Source: an uncultured Candidatus Saccharibacteria bacterium (GTDB taxonomy: Bacteria; Patescibacteriota; Minisyncoccia; Phycocordibacterales; Phycocordibacteraceae). Taken from it: a DNA stretch of 60,388 nt. How positions within the stretch are numbered: position 1 is the stretch's first letter; each line of letters begins with the position of its first letter. The notes below the pieces were generated by a model. That model made no database searches and was not told the origin of the DNA. It saw nothing but the letters and a program-made list of their open reading frames with translations. The position numbers and the translations under genes are program-made. The DNA lies in assembly GCA_964446735.1 (NCBI GenBank), contig CAYUQB010000003.1, positions 40,897-101,284 on the forward strand, given 5' to 3'. Shown here in pieces: positions 17,765 through 31,604 of this stretch.

Positions 17765-18064
17765 TTATGTGGCGATCACTATCGTTATCGTAACCATGTC
17801 TCCGGAGGCGATGCCTTCAGCTTTGCGGACTTCTGCCTTGAGGGGAAGAAGATAGGTTCCTGATTTCTTATCCGGAAAGATCGAGCTCTTCCAGGTTGTC
17901 TTTCCGATGGTTGCGGTGACTGGAACCGATCCCCAACCGATACGAGGCTTTCCTTCCTGTCCTTTACGAATCTTTTGCGCAACCGCATGTTCAAGATAGG
18001 CGAAATGCCAAGCAGCTGCCCCTTGCCAAAGCACTACTTTGGAATTGAAACGATAGGTTTTCAT
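17765..18064 (-). CDS. DUF1905-family protein
   Basis: AWHF, WGSVPVTATIG.TTWKSSIFP, YLLPLKAEVRK. Confidence 0.8.
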   Translation of the reverse strand: MKTYRFNSKVVLWQGAAAWHFAYLEHAVAQKIRKGQEGKPRIGWGSVPVTATIGKTTWKSSIFPDKKSGTYLLPLKAEVRKAEGIASGDMVTITIVIAT

Positions 18065-18318
18065 CCTCTCTTTGAGAGCCACCAGGATTTCAGAAACGGA
18101 AGCGACTGGGTTGAGAGAACGTATCCGAGCGCAGGAATAAAGGCGGCGAGGAGTGGGCGTTCCACCTCGATGACATACATGACGAGCACTGCACAAATGT
18201 AAGTAACAACGGCAATGGTGCTGATACGCACAACGCTTGTTTCCCATGCCTTATCCGCCTCCACGCGCCTATTACGTTCCTGAATGCGCTCGATAACGGC
18301 ACTAATGTGTTCTTCCAT
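18061..18318 (-). CDS. Small membrane protein, 85 aa
   Basis: Two TMs; ATGA overlap with the DUF1905 gene; TATACT box 5 nt before ATG. Confidence 0.65.
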   Translation of the reverse strand: MEEHISAVIERIQERNRRVEADKAWETSVVRISTIAVVTYICAVLVMYVIEVERPLLAAFIPALGYVLSTQSLPFLKSWWLSKRG

Positions 18319-18405
18319 GCCGAAAGTATATCGGACCTCCACTCATGCTTGACAACTTGTGTTATATATGTATTATACATTTCGGCACCAAGGAGGGCCC
18401 TTGCC

Positions 18406-18774
18406 ATGTACAGCTACGAAACGCGCACCGGCCAGTTCGGCTATCGGCGCAACTGCTCCATCCCCCACTTCATTCCGCAGGGGCTGGAGCACGACGGCTA
18501 TCCCGTCATCGTGTTCCCGCAGCGGAACAGCGACGTGACCGTCGGGAAGACCTACGACTTCACGATCAAGCCGACCCGTGCGGCCACGTACACGATCGAC
18601 GGCGAAGTCTATCGGGTGGCGCACGCGATCGCGCCACGGGACATCAACGACGAGGAAGGCACGATCTTCGACCAGATCGAGTGCCTGGAGAAGCCGACCA
18701 CGTTCACGCTCGGTGAACGGTTTCCGCCCGAGCTCGTCGAGCGCATGCGACAGATGGCCACCGCCCGGGCCTAG
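18406..18774 (+). CDS. Hypothetical protein, 122 aa (orphan unit)
   Basis: TTGACA-16-TATTAT promoter, SD AAGGAGG, hairpin 18800-18829, strongly G/C third positions. Confidence 0.7.
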   Translation: MYSYETRTGQFGYRRNCSIPHFIPQGLEHDGYPVIVFPQRNSDVTVGKTYDFTIKPTRAATYTIDGEVYRVAHAIAPRDINDEEGTIFDQIECLEKPTTFTLGERFPPELVERMRQMATARA

Positions 18775-18894
18775 GCCCAATCCCACCCTGTTCTTCTTCG
18801 AGCCCGCCGGCTTTACACTCGGCGGGCTCAGAACGTTATGAGATAATCCGTTTTTGTACTATAGTGCCGGTCGAACCGAACCTTGGGAGGTCCC

Positions 18895-19512
18895 ATGAAT
18901 TACGCGCCCATCGCGACCGGCACGGTCGCTTCGCTCTCGATCAATGGCGAACCTGTCGAAGAGGCCTACTTCACCATGCAGGGCCCGCGGGGCGACAAGC
19001 ACGCCGGCTTCTATCGCCAGCTTTCCGGCCACGACATCGACTACGTCCGGACGTCGAACCTCAAACGGGGCGACCCGATCTTCAACTGGCGGACCTGGAC
19101 AGGCCTGTCCGTTGAGGAGATCCGGGAGATCGAGCGCAAGCTCGGCCACGTCATCCCGCAGGGTTGCCTGTTGGAGAACATCGTCGTCGAAGGCATCCCG
19201 AACTTCTCGAAACTCCCGCCGACGAGTCGGTTGGTGTTTCCGGAATTCCCGGCAGCTCACCCCGACGACTCTGATCGGCAGGCAGTGCTCGCCGTCTGGG
19301 AAGAGAACACTCCGTGCAAGGTCGTCGGGAAACGCCTCGAAGATCACCACGGGGTCGATGGCCTGATGACTCGGTTCAGAGAAGCTGCTGAAGGCCTGCG
19401 CGGCGTCATGGGTCTCGTGCTCTCGCCGGGCAAGGTGAAGGTGGGCGACTTCGTCCTGGTCTATCCGCCGACCGGCATGAGTGCGGCCGTCCCAGCGCTC
19501 GAAGTCGCCTAG
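18895..19512 (+). CDS. MOSC-domain protein
   Basis: GDKHAG, LLENIVVEG, TPC (conserved Cys), RGVMGLVLSPGKVKVGD; SD GGGAGG. Confidence 0.75.
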   Translation: MNYAPIATGTVASLSINGEPVEEAYFTMQGPRGDKHAGFYRQLSGHDIDYVRTSNLKRGDPIFNWRTWTGLSVEEIREIERKLGHVIPQGCLLENIVVEGIPNFSKLPPTSRLVFPEFPAAHPDDSDRQAVLAVWEENTPCKVVGKRLEDHHGVDGLMTRFREAAEGLRGVMGLVLSPGKVKVGDFVLVYPPTGMSAAVPALEVA

Positions 19513-19587
19513 TTCTTAGTTCCGCGTGCGAGAGGCCGCCCACCCCGGGCGGCCTTTTCGTATATCCACTCATGCTACGATTTTCAT

Positions 19588-20097
19588 ATGAGACGCTATT
19601 GGCCCGTTATTGCAATCATCGTGCTTCTGCTTGGGGCGGTTGGCTGGTATGGCATTTCCCCGCTTTTCAATCCACTCGTGACTGACGAAGCGGCACCAGA
19701 TGATGCTCAACTTACTGCAACAACGACTGAAACGGATACCAGCGTACCCATGACGCAAACGCCCACCCCCTCTCCACGCATGGAGCTACGGGGGGATATC
19801 GTGGGTACGCCTGCGCACCCTGCTTCAGGTACGGTACGTATTGTTTCAGCAGACGGTACGCAGTACGTACGATACGAGAACCTCAAGACCATTAACGGTC
19901 CAGATATTTATGTCTACCTCGCGAAGGACACTGGAGCTAAAGAATTCGTGAGTCTCGGGAAAGTGAAATCAACCGAAGGCAACAGCAACTACGAAATACC
20001 AGCCGGCGTGAATCCTGCTGAATATCGATATGTGCTTATCTGGTGTAAGCAGTTCGGTGTGCTATTTAATTCTGCTGAACTGAAACCGACGGGCTAA
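19588..20097 (+). CDS. DM13-domain membrane-anchored protein
   Basis: [36 protein letters not shown]. Confidence 0.85.
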   Translation: MRRYWPVIAIIVLLLGAVGWYGISPLFNPLVTDEAAPDDAQLTATTTETDTSVPMTQTPTPSPRMELRGDIVGTPAHPASGTVRIVSADGTQYVRYENLKTINGPDIYVYLAKDTGAKEFVSLGKVKSTEGNSNYEIPAGVNPAEYRYVLIWCKQFGVLFNSAELKPTG

Positions 20098-21362
20098 TAG
20101 CTCTTAAGCCTTCGACTCTTCTCGTGCGTTCGAATCTTCTCAAGTGCCTTTGCCTCAATCTGACGAATACGCTCGCGAGTGACACCAAACTCTTTCCCCA
20201 CTTCCTCAAGGGTGTGATAGACGCCATCAAGTAGACCATGGCGCATTTCAAGAATCTTGCGTTCCTTTGGTGAAAGGTCATCAAGAATATCCCGGACCTG
20301 TTCGCCGAGGATACGCTCCGACGATTCCTGAATTGGACTCGGAATCTTATCGTCAGCAATAAAGTCTCCAAGCGTAGACTTCTCATCGTCATCAGAGCCG
20401 ATAGGGTTCTCAAGCGAAAGTGTGTCTTGATTGATCTTCTCAATCTGATAGATCTTCTCGACTTCGACGCCCATTTCAACTGCAATTTCTTCCGGCTGCG
20501 CATCGCGTCCGAGCGCCTGGGCAAGACGGCGTGAGACCTGCTTGTATTTAGCGATCGTTTCCACCATGTGCACCGGAATACGAATGGTGCGGGACTGGTC
20601 CGCAAGCGCGCGGGTGATAGCCTGGCGGATCCACCAGGTAGCGTAGGTGGAGAACTTATAGCCCTTCTTCCAGTCGAACTTGTCGACTGCTTTGAAGAGA
20701 CCGAGATTTCCTTCCTGGATAAGGTCAAGGAGTGTCAGATCGGGAGAGCGTCCGACGTACTTCTTTGCGATGGACACGACGAGACGAAGGTTGCTGCGTG
20801 CAAGAATGTTGCGCGCCTCGTTGTCCCCTGCATCGATACGCTTTGCGAGCTCGCGTTCCTCAGATGCGGTAAGGAGCGGGTACTGGCCAATCTCACGAAG
20901 ATAGATTTGGATCGAATCGTATCCCGACGACTCGCGACCCTTAATGTTTCGAGTCGCAAGATACTGATCAGCATTATCCTCAAGCATGCCGCCTTCGAGG
21001 ATGTCGATGCCGGCAATCGTAAAGCGCTCATAGAGCTCATCGAGGAAGGACACATCGTCTTCAACATGCGGGAATTCCTTGAGGATCTCACTGTAGGTAA
21101 CATAGCCGCGTACCTTACCCTTCTGAATAAGGAGCTCTGCCTTATCCGCTTTCTGTGCTTTGGCTTTCGCCTTACTTCCCGCGACAGCCGCGCGTACCAC
21201 TGCCATGGTACGGACCTTCTTGGAAGGCTTTTTGACGGTCTTCTTCGGGGCAGCCTTTTTTACAGGCTTCTTTGCTGACTTCTTGGGTGCAGCTTTCTTC
21301 ACCACCTTCTTGGTGGCTTTCTTTGCACCCGTCTTTTTGGCGGTCTTTTTCTTAGTAGCCAT
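20094..21362 (-). CDS. rpoD: RNA polymerase primary sigma factor
   Basis: [45 protein letters not shown]; Lys/Ala-rich N-terminus. Confidence 0.95.
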   Translation of the reverse strand: MATKKKTAKKTGAKKATKKVVKKAAPKKSAKKPVKKAAPKKTVKKPSKKVRTMAVVRAAVAGSKAKAKAQKADKAELLIQKGKVRGYVTYSEILKEFPHVEDDVSFLDELYERFTIAGIDILEGGMLEDNADQYLATRNIKGRESSGYDSIQIYLREIGQYPLLTASEERELAKRIDAGDNEARNILARSNLRLVVSIAKKYVGRSPDLTLLDLIQEGNLGLFKAVDKFDWKKGYKFSTYATWWIRQAITRALADQSRTIRIPVHMVETIAKYKQVSRRLAQALGRDAQPEEIAVEMGVEVEKIYQIEKINQDTLSLENPIGSDDDEKSTLGDFIADDKIPSPIQESSERILGEQVRDILDDLSPKERKILEMRHGLLDGVYHTLEEVGKEFGVTRERIRQIEAKALEKIRTHEKSRRLKSY

Positions 21363-21421
21363 AGAGGGAGAGTAGTGGAGTCGAATAAATATTGTATGAA
21401 GAGACGAAACCGTCCCAAAAA

Positions 21422-23104
21422 CTAGCCGAGTGTAGAGAGGCGCGAGGAAAGTGCCGTGCACTCCCCTACCGCATCCTTAATTGCACTCTCGTCACCTGAC
21501 GCTTCAGCGAGCCGGAGCCGCGTGGTCGCAGCTTTCAGCTCGTCGGTCAGTACCATTTTCTCGAACGCGCGCAAGAGATCATCTGCGTCTTTTTCATCAG
21601 GCGTCTCCCCGAAGGCAAGTCCCGCCTCAAATAGCCAGCGCTCTTCCGGATTACTCTCCGGGAACGGTGAGCCGTTGATGCGACTATACTCCGTTCCTAC
21701 CCGTTTGGCAATCGGGGTATCGGGGTATGCGGCCCATATTGCATGAAGGAGTGCGGAGCGATGCTCTCGTGGCGGAAGCGTGGTCGAAACGGACGCAACA
21801 GGCGATTGTATCGCCCCCGGCAATGCTTCTTTCGCTACCGTAGCGAGTGAACCGCGAATCGCATCGGAAGTGGAACCGAGCGCACGAGCAACGACACTGA
21901 CAAAATGCTCTCGCTCCATAGGACTTGGCATCGCAGCAACCAAGGGCAAGACAATCCGCTCAACCGAGAGAACCAGCTTGTGCGAGTCGGGCTGAAGCGT
22001 AGCGAGTACTGAAAGAAAGAACTCCACGATAGGTTGCGCTTCTGCGACCAGCTTCGTAAATGCTTTCGGGTCTTCCTTGGCGACATCGGCAGGATCCTTT
22101 CCTTCTGGCATCTTCACCGCTTTCACCTTCATACCACCCACAAGTGCGACCAGCCCATTCTTCTGAGTTGCTGCGAGGCCCGCACGATCAGAATCAAGCG
22201 CAAGCATGAGGTTATCTGCATACCGCTTCATAAGCGAGAGATGCTCTTTCGAGAGCGCGGTTCCCGAAAGCGCTACGGTATTGGCAAATCCAATCTGATG
22301 AAGCAGGAGGAGATCCATCTGACCCTCAACGAGAATGGTGAATCCGCGTGAGCGAATGGCGTCTTTTGCTTTATCCATCCCAAAGAGGATCTCGTGCTTC
22401 TTATAGAGCTCCGTTTCTGGACTATTGAGATACTTCGCTTGATCGGTGGGATCAAGTGATCGGCCGGTGAACGCAACCGTGCGGCCTGCGGAGTCACGGA
22501 TCGGGAACATAAGTCGGTTCCGGAAACGGTCGTACCATGTTCCCTTTTTACCGTCAGCCTCCTTAATGAGTCCTGCATCAAGAAGTTCTTTCTGAGAGAA
22601 GCCATCTTTCTGAAGCGCCTCAAGCAGATCACGCCACGCATCTGGAGCGTATCCAATGCCCCACGTTTTTATCGTGTCCTTAGTGAGTCCACGCGAAAGT
22701 GCATATTGGTATGCCGCTGATCCTTCTTCAAGATTACGCACATAGAACGCTTCAGCACATGCCATTGCCTCCCGGAGCCTATCCAGCTTCCCTTTCGTCT
22801 CAGTTGCGCGTGCATCGTACACAAGCTCGACCCCCGCCTTTTCGGCAAGAATCTTCAGCGCTCCTTTGAAATCAACCCCTTCCATCTTTTCGATGAAGGT
22901 GAACATGTCGCCGCCCTGGCTCGTGCTGAAGCAGTAGTAGCTACCACGATCAACATTCACGAAGAATGATGGAGTTTTCTCTTTATTGAACGGAGAAAGT
23001 CCCCGCCAGTATTTTCCAGACTTTGAAAGCTTCACGTAGGGAGCTACCACCTCCATGATTGAAAGCTTTGCCTTGATCTTCTCTACGGTATCGCCTCCTG
23101 CCAT
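21422..23104 (-). CDS. dnaG: DNA primase
   Basis: [47 protein letters not shown]. Confidence 0.95.
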   Translation of the reverse strand: MAGGDTVEKIKAKLSIMEVVAPYVKLSKSGKYWRGLSPFNKEKTPSFFVNVDRGSYYCFSTSQGGDMFTFIEKMEGVDFKGALKILAEKAGVELVYDARATETKGKLDRLREAMACAEAFYVRNLEEGSAAYQYALSRGLTKDTIKTWGIGYAPDAWRDLLEALQKDGFSQKELLDAGLIKEADGKKGTWYDRFRNRLMFPIRDSAGRTVAFTGRSLDPTDQAKYLNSPETELYKKHEILFGMDKAKDAIRSRGFTILVEGQMDLLLLHQIGFANTVALSGTALSKEHLSLMKRYADNLMLALDSDRAGLAATQKNGLVALVGGMKVKAVKMPEGKDPADVAKEDPKAFTKLVAEAQPIVEFFLSVLATLQPDSHKLVLSVERIVLPLVAAMPSPMEREHFVSVVARALGSTSDAIRGSLATVAKEALPGAIQSPVASVSTTLPPREHRSALLHAIWAAYPDTPIAKRVGTEYSRINGSPFPESNPEERWLFEAGLAFGETPDEKDADDLLRAFEKMVLTDELKAATTRLRLAEASGDESAIKDAVGECTALSSRLSTLG

Positions 23105-23203
23105 TTCTTCCATCTTAGCGCTTATCGCTCCGAAGCGCCTACGGGCTTTGACGGTTCATTGATTGAGTGGTATTTTCACTGCGGCAGAAGAGGAGAATTT
23201 GCC

Positions 23204-23407
23204 ATGGAAACCCGTGCCTTACAGAGGGCGATCAGTGGCGCCTGCGCGCTCGCCCGGAAAGCGCTCGACGAGACCGACCCGCCCGGAACCGTGAACGTCA
23301 GCGCCAGCAATCGTGATGTGGCTGTTCTCGCCAGCGCCATCCTCACGAAGGCGGAGATCCGCATCACCGCGGACGACCTGCAGAACGTGGTCAAGCAACC
23401 GGCCTAA
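23204..23407 (+). CDS. Hypothetical protein, 67 aa (orphan unit)
   Basis: TTGACG-17-TATTTT promoter, SD GAGGAG, downstream hairpin. Confidence 0.6.
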   Translation: METRALQRAISGACALARKALDETDPPGTVNVSASNRDVAVLASAILTKAEIRITADDLQNVVKQPA

Positions 23408-23468
23408 GCGGCCGTCGACGACCCTAAACCTAGTGGAGAAGCCTGGCTTCACCGCTAGGTTTCTTCGT

Positions 23469-23505
23469 TTGACAAATGAAACGTAGTATGTTATATACAT
23501 ACTAC
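23469..23505 (+). promoter_or_regulatory. TTGACA promoter with a palindromic operator-like site over the -10
   Basis: TTGACA (23469-23474)-17-TATATA; GTAGTATGT-N5-ACATACTAC at 23483-23505. Confidence 0.55.
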
Positions 23506-23527
23506 CGCTTTCACAGGGAGACTATCG

Positions 23528-23776
23528 ATGCGGAAGTTCCTCAACACGGTCAAAGAAATCGGCGAAGGCCTCTTCTACCTGGCCAGCGGCTCGTCGCTGT
23601 GTGGCGTCATGCTCGGCGCCGGCGCCTTCATCTCGGGCGCCACGCCCGAGCAGGTGATGTCCACCATCTTCGGCTGGAGCGTGCTGACCTTCTTCGGCGC
23701 CTCGGCACTGGCCGGCCTGGTCAAGCTCGATATCATCCTGTCCACCAGGCACGATCGGGCCATCGCCACGATCTGA
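23528..23776 (+). CDS. Small two-TM membrane protein (orphan unit)
   Basis: SD AGGGAG; two hydrophobic helices. Confidence 0.65.
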   Translation: MRKFLNTVKEIGEGLFYLASGSSLCGVMLGAGAFISGATPEQVMSTIFGWSVLTFFGASALAGLVKLDIILSTRHDRAIATI

Positions 23777-23848
23777 CCGCTGACCGACCACGCCCGAGAA
23801 CGGAGACGCCCTTGGTCCCCTCCTCGGGCGTTCTCTATTTCATACAAC

Positions 23849-23880
23849 GCAAAAGCCGCTCCGAGAGGAGCGGCTTTTGC
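23849..23880 (-). terminator. rpoC terminator (bidirectional)
   Basis: GCAAAAGCCGCTCC-GAGA-GGAGCGGCTTTTGC. Confidence 0.8.
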
Positions 23881-23896
23881 TATCTCACCTTGTTCG

Positions 23897-26800
23897 TTAC
23901 GCCTTCGCTTCAGCAAGTGCCTCTTCGGCTTCTGCAGCGGCTGCTTCTTCAGCTGCAATGCGTGCATTACGCTTGCGCTGGAGCTCGAGGATGGCGATGC
24001 TCTTCTTCGACTCAGGGAATCCGGTACCGGCCGGGATGAGACGACCAAGAATGACGTTTTCCTTGAGACCTCGAAGCGTATCCACCGAACCCTTAAGGGC
24101 AGCATTGATGAGGATCTTCGTTGTCTGTTCGAAGGATGCAGCGGAGAGGAAGGAACGGCGGCTGAGCGCTGACTCCTTGATACCGAACACCATCTCACGG
24201 GCCTTGGGCGGAATCTTTCCGTCTGCCTCCATGAGCTTCTTCTCTTCATCGAACTCCCAGTGCTCGACAATGTCGCCGACGGACCACTCGGAGTCGCCGG
24301 TCTCAATGACTTTCATACGGCTGAACATCTGCTTCACCACAACCTCAAGATGCTTGCGGGAGACCGATGCACCCTGAAGCTCGTAGATCTTCGAGGTTTC
24401 CGCGATGATGTACTCCTGCACTGAAGCACGGCCAGCATGCTCGAAGAGTTCATCAAGATCAGCTGAACCGTCCGTAAGGAGTTGGCCCTTAGCGACCTTG
24501 TCGCCAATCTTAACGAGCGGCACGCGTGGGAACGGTGCGGTGTACTCGGTCGCTGATCCGTCCTTCTTACCCTGACCAGCTTCTGGAGTTACGACCAATA
24601 CCTTCTCACGTGCCTCTTCCCTAATATCAGTGACGAGACCATCGAACTTCGAGACAACTGCCGGATTCTTTGGCGAGCGCTTCTCGAAGACTTCTTCAAC
24701 ACGCGGGAGACCCTGCGTGATGTCGCCACCCACAGACGCGGTACCACCGGCGTGGAAGGTACGCATGGTGAGCTGGGTACCCGGTTCACCAATTGCCTGT
24801 GCGGCAACCGTACCGACTGCTTCACCCAGATCTACTGGCTGCTGGCTCGTGAGATCCATGCCATAGCAGGCGCCACATATACCGTAGCGAGTCTCGCAGG
24901 ACATCGGAGAACGAACCTCCACCTTATCAACGGACGCATCTGCTGCGATTGCCCGAGCGTCTTCGGTTGAAAGGTAGTGATTCTTCTTGAAGCCTCCGAC
25001 TTCAGCAGAAAGCGTGCGACCACGAATGCTTTCAGCAAAGTCGATCTTAATACCCGATGCGCTGATGCGATTAATCGCAATGCCACGCTTCGTACCACAA
25101 TCCCGTTCAGTGACGATGGAGTCCTGCGCAACGTCGAACAGACGGCGAGTGAGGTATCCGGCACGTGCCGTACCGAGCGCGGTGTCGGTGAGACCCTTAC
25201 GAGCACCGTGCGTACTCATGAAGTACTCAACCGGATTAAGACCTTCCGTCATAGAAGAGACGATAGGCACCTCGATAGTCTCACCTGCTGTGTTCTGGAT
25301 GAGACCCTTCATACCAGCCATCTGGGTAAGGTTTCCGATGGAACCGCGAGCACCCGAGCGCACCATATCGGCGACGGAGCCCATAGGGTCGAGCGCCTCT
25401 TCGACGAGCTTTTCGACTTCAGTCTTGGCACCGTGCCAGACTTCGATGACCATGCGGCGCTTTTCGTCTACCGAAAGAAGACCGTCACGATAGTCACTCT
25501 CAATGCGGGCGACCTTTTCACGTGCTGCCGTGATGATGGTGGCCTTGCCTTCTGGCACCGACACATCATCCACGCTCCACGAAACACCGGAACGAGTTGC
25601 GTATTCGAAGCCGAACCGCTTCACCTTGTTCACGATATTCGGAACCGCATCGATGCCATACCGGACCATACAGTCGCTCATGATGCTGGAGAGCACTTTC
25701 TTAGTGATCGCATCGTTGATGAACTGGTAGTCGGAAGGAAGCACGGTGTTGAAGAGCAGGCGTCCCACCGTGGTCTCAAAGGTTCCCCCTTCCTTTGCGC
25801 AGTCCTGATACTTTTCCTTGCCCGCTACCGGGAGGACATGAATCTTTGCGCGCAGGTCGATAGCACCATACTCGTGAGCGAGGATGGCCGCGTTTGGAGA
25901 CTGGAAGTACTTCCCTTCACCAAGCGCACCCGGAACCTCCTTCGTGAGCCAGTACGCGCCAAGCACGATATCGAGTGGCTTTTGGACCATGACGATCATT
26001 TCTCCCGAGCCTGGCTTGAGGATGTTCTTGTTCGCACTCATGATGTTCTGCGCTTCCCACTGCGCTTCGTCTGAAAGCGGCACGTGGATTGCCATCTGGT
26101 CACCATCGAAGTCTGCGTTGAATGCCGGACAGACGAGCGGGTGAAGCTGGATAGCATCACCTTCGATGAGCTTCGGCTTAAAGGCCTGAATGCCCTGGCG
26201 GTGAAGCGTTGGTGCGCGGTTAAGGAGCACATACTTGCCCGCGATTGCTTCTTCAAGAATCTCCCATACCTCAGGCACACCGTCCTCAATGAGACGTCCT
26301 GCACCACGAATGTTGAACGCGAGTTCGCGATCAAGAAGTCCCGCGATCACGAAGGGACGGAAGAGCTCGAGTGCCATGTGCTTCGGAAGACCGCACTCAT
26401 CGAGCTCGAGGTCAGGTCCGACCACGATCACGGAGCGTCCTGAGTAGTCGACACGCTTACCAAGGAGGTTCTGACGGAAGTATCCCTGCTTACCCTTGAG
26501 GTAGTCAGCCAGCGACTTCAGCGGACGACGCTGTGCGGGCGTGAGAGCTCCAGCATTCGCTCCCGTCTTTCGGATCGAGTTGTCCAACAGCGCGTCAACC
26601 GCTTCCTGCAGGATGCGCTTTTCGTTGCGCAGAATCACTTCTGGGGCGTGGATATCGAGCAGCTTCTTCAATCGGTTGTTGCGATTGATGACGCGGCGAT
26701 AGAGATCGTTCACATCAGAGGTTGCATGGCGGCCACCTTCAAGTGCAACCATCGGACGAAGTGCTGGCGGGATGACCGGGATCTTCGTGAGGAACATCCA

Positions 26801-27625
26801 TTCAGGACGCGTTGCAGCGCTAATCATATTGGTAACGAGTGCGATGCGCTTGGCGAGCTTTTCGCGCTCTGCTGCAGGAGCCTTCGGATACCGCTCCTCA
26901 AGCATGGCCTTCATCTTCGGAAGATCCATAGCACGGAAGAGATCGTAGATAGCTTCGGCGCCGATCTTCGCTTCAAAGAGCGTACCGTACCGGACGCTAA
27001 AGCGGTGATATGCAACTTCGTCAAAGACGCGACCGACTACAACTGAATCGATCTCGCTCTTTGCGGTCTGCATGCGCTCCTTAAGCGCTTCCTGTTCCTT
27101 GGCTTCGTTGAGAGCCTTGTGCTTGGTCTTGTATTCAGCTTCAAGCTCCGAGAGGAGTCGCTTCTTCGTCTCTTCGTTCACCTTGGTGACGATGTAGCCA
27201 GCGAAGTAGATGACCTTCTCAAGATCAGCGGCAGGGACACCAAGGAGAAGTGCCATGCGGCTGGGCATACTGCGGAGGAACCAGATGTGCGCAACTGGCG
27301 TGACGAGCTCGATGTGGCCCATACGTTCACGGCGCACGATTGAGCGCGTGATCTCAACACCACACTTATCACAAGTAATGCCCTTGTAGCGGATACCTTT
27401 GTACTTACCGCAATAGCACTCGTAGTCGCGTTCAGGACCGAAGATCTTCTCATCGAAGAGTCCGTGCTTTTCGGAACGCTGGGTGCGGTAGTTAATAGTC
27501 TCGGGCTTGGTGATCTCACCACGGCTCCACGACAGGATACGCTCGGGGCTTGCGAGCGAGAGACGGAGCGCATTCCAGTCAGTGCGCGGTCCCGGAGCAC
27601 TTCGTTTCTGGGGGTTCATTGGCAT
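23897..27625 (-). CDS. rpoC: RNA polymerase beta' subunit
   Basis: KPETINYRT, NADFDGDQM, QAIGEPGTQLTMRTFH. Confidence 0.98.
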   Translation of the reverse strand: MPMNPQKRSAPGPRTDWNALRLSLASPERILSWSRGEITKPETINYRTQRSEKHGLFDEKIFGPERDYECYCGKYKGIRYKGITCDKCGVEITRSIVRRERMGHIELVTPVAHIWFLRSMPSRMALLLGVPAADLEKVIYFAGYIVTKVNEETKKRLLSELEAEYKTKHKALNEAKEQEALKERMQTAKSEIDSVVVGRVFDEVAYHRFSVRYGTLFEAKIGAEAIYDLFRAMDLPKMKAMLEERYPKAPAAEREKLAKRIALVTNMISAATRPEWMFLTKIPVIPPALRPMVALEGGRHATSDVNDLYRRVINRNNRLKKLLDIHAPEVILRNEKRILQEAVDALLDNSIRKTGANAGALTPAQRRPLKSLADYLKGKQGYFRQNLLGKRVDYSGRSVIVVGPDLELDECGLPKHMALELFRPFVIAGLLDRELAFNIRGAGRLIEDGVPEVWEILEEAIAGKYVLLNRAPTLHRQGIQAFKPKLIEGDAIQLHPLVCPAFNADFDGDQMAIHVPLSDEAQWEAQNIMSANKNILKPGSGEMIVMVQKPLDIVLGAYWLTKEVPGALGEGKYFQSPNAAILAHEYGAIDLRAKIHVLPVAGKEKYQDCAKEGGTFETTVGRLLFNTVLPSDYQFINDAITKKVLSSIMSDCMVRYGIDAVPNIVNKVKRFGFEYATRSGVSWSVDDVSVPEGKATIITAAREKVARIESDYRDGLLSVDEKRRMVIEVWHGAKTEVEKLVEEALDPMGSVADMVRSGARGSIGNLTQMAGMKGLIQNTAGETIEVPIVSSMTEGLNPVEYFMSTHGARKGLTDTALGTARAGYLTRRLFDVAQDSIVTERDCGTKRGIAINRISASGIKIDFAESIRGRTLSAEVGGFKKNHYLSTEDARAIAADASVDKVEVRSPMSCETRYGICGACYGMDLTSQQPVDLGEAVGTVAAQAIGEPGTQLTMRTFHAGGTASVGGDITQGLPRVEEVFEKRSPKNPAVVSKFDGLVTDIREEAREKVLVVTPEAGQGKKDGSATEYTAPFPRVPLVKIGDKVAKGQLLTDGSADLDELFEHAGRASVQEYIIAETSKIYELQGASVSRKHLEVVVKQMFSRMKVIETGDSEWSVGDIVEHWEFDEEKKLMEADGKIPPKAREMVFGIKESALSRRSFLSAASFEQTTKILINAALKGSVDTLRGLKENVILGRLIPAGTGFPESKKSIAILELQRKRNARIAAEEAAAAEAEEALAEAKA

Positions 27626-27635
27626 AGGCAGGAAA

Positions 27636-30815
<3,180 letters not shown>

Positions 30816-31017
30816 GTCTCATTTCATGCTTAAGTCCCGAAACGAGGGTGCGGTGGGCGCTGCGCCCTATTCGCGTCTCCGCCGTATCCGTCGGCAGAAA
30901 CGTCAATAGGGCTCGTGTATACGCCACGAGCCGCGTCCCTCGTATTCTCCGAGACGCTTCTAAAAAATGTATGTTCTGAATCGCCCCTTTCCCCCGCTAC
31001 TCAATCTTCGTATTCAT

Positions 31018-31046
31018 AGGATATTCCTCATCCGTGTGGGCGTCAA
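31018..31046 (-). promoter_or_regulatory. Probable rpoBC promoter
   Basis: TTGACG-17-TATCCT about 200 nt upstream of rpoB. Confidence 0.55.
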
Positions 31047-31176
31047 GTCGAGGTGGTGTATAGACGAAATGGCGACGGTTTCCCGTCGCCATTCACGATC
31101 CCTCCTGTGTTCCGATGACAAAAACAAAGACGACCCCCGTGAGGAGGTCGTCGATTGTCTTAGGTTTCAGGTGCCA

Positions 31177-31518
31177 CTAGTGGCGACGGTCGCGCTGGGT
31201 AGCCCAGCGCATGTGTTGGTCCGTCGTCCAGCGGAAGCCCTCTTGCTCCGGGACTACCGGAGCCTGCGGCCCTATCTGACGGACGATGTAGCGGCCGACG
31301 AGAGCGACCACATAGCCCACCAGCAGACCACAGCCGACGGCCAGTTGCTCATGCTGGTTGAACAGGATTCCGGCGAGAACCGGGATCATGATCAGCAGAC
31401 AGAGCGCCATCGCGATCGAGCGGATCGAGGGTTGCACCTTGACCGTATAGAAGATCGCGAGAGCGAACGCGGGCGCGAAGAAGACGCCGTAGTGGATCAG
31501 AAAATACCAGTTCGACAT
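31177..31518 (-). CDS. Three-TM membrane protein (orphan unit)
   Basis: TTGACT...TATAAT promoter, SD CGGAG, terminator 31152-31121. Confidence 0.65.
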   Translation of the reverse strand: MSNWYFLIHYGVFFAPAFALAIFYTVKVQPSIRSIAMALCLLIMIPVLAGILFNQHEQLAVGCGLLVGYVVALVGRYIVRQIGPQAPVVPEQEGFRWTTDQHMRWATQRDRRH

Positions 31519-31604
31519 GGGAAGATCTCCGTACCGTGACACCGTGACGTGTCAGGCTCGACCAATATTATAACACCATTTTGTATTAAAAGTCAATAGC
31601 GGGG

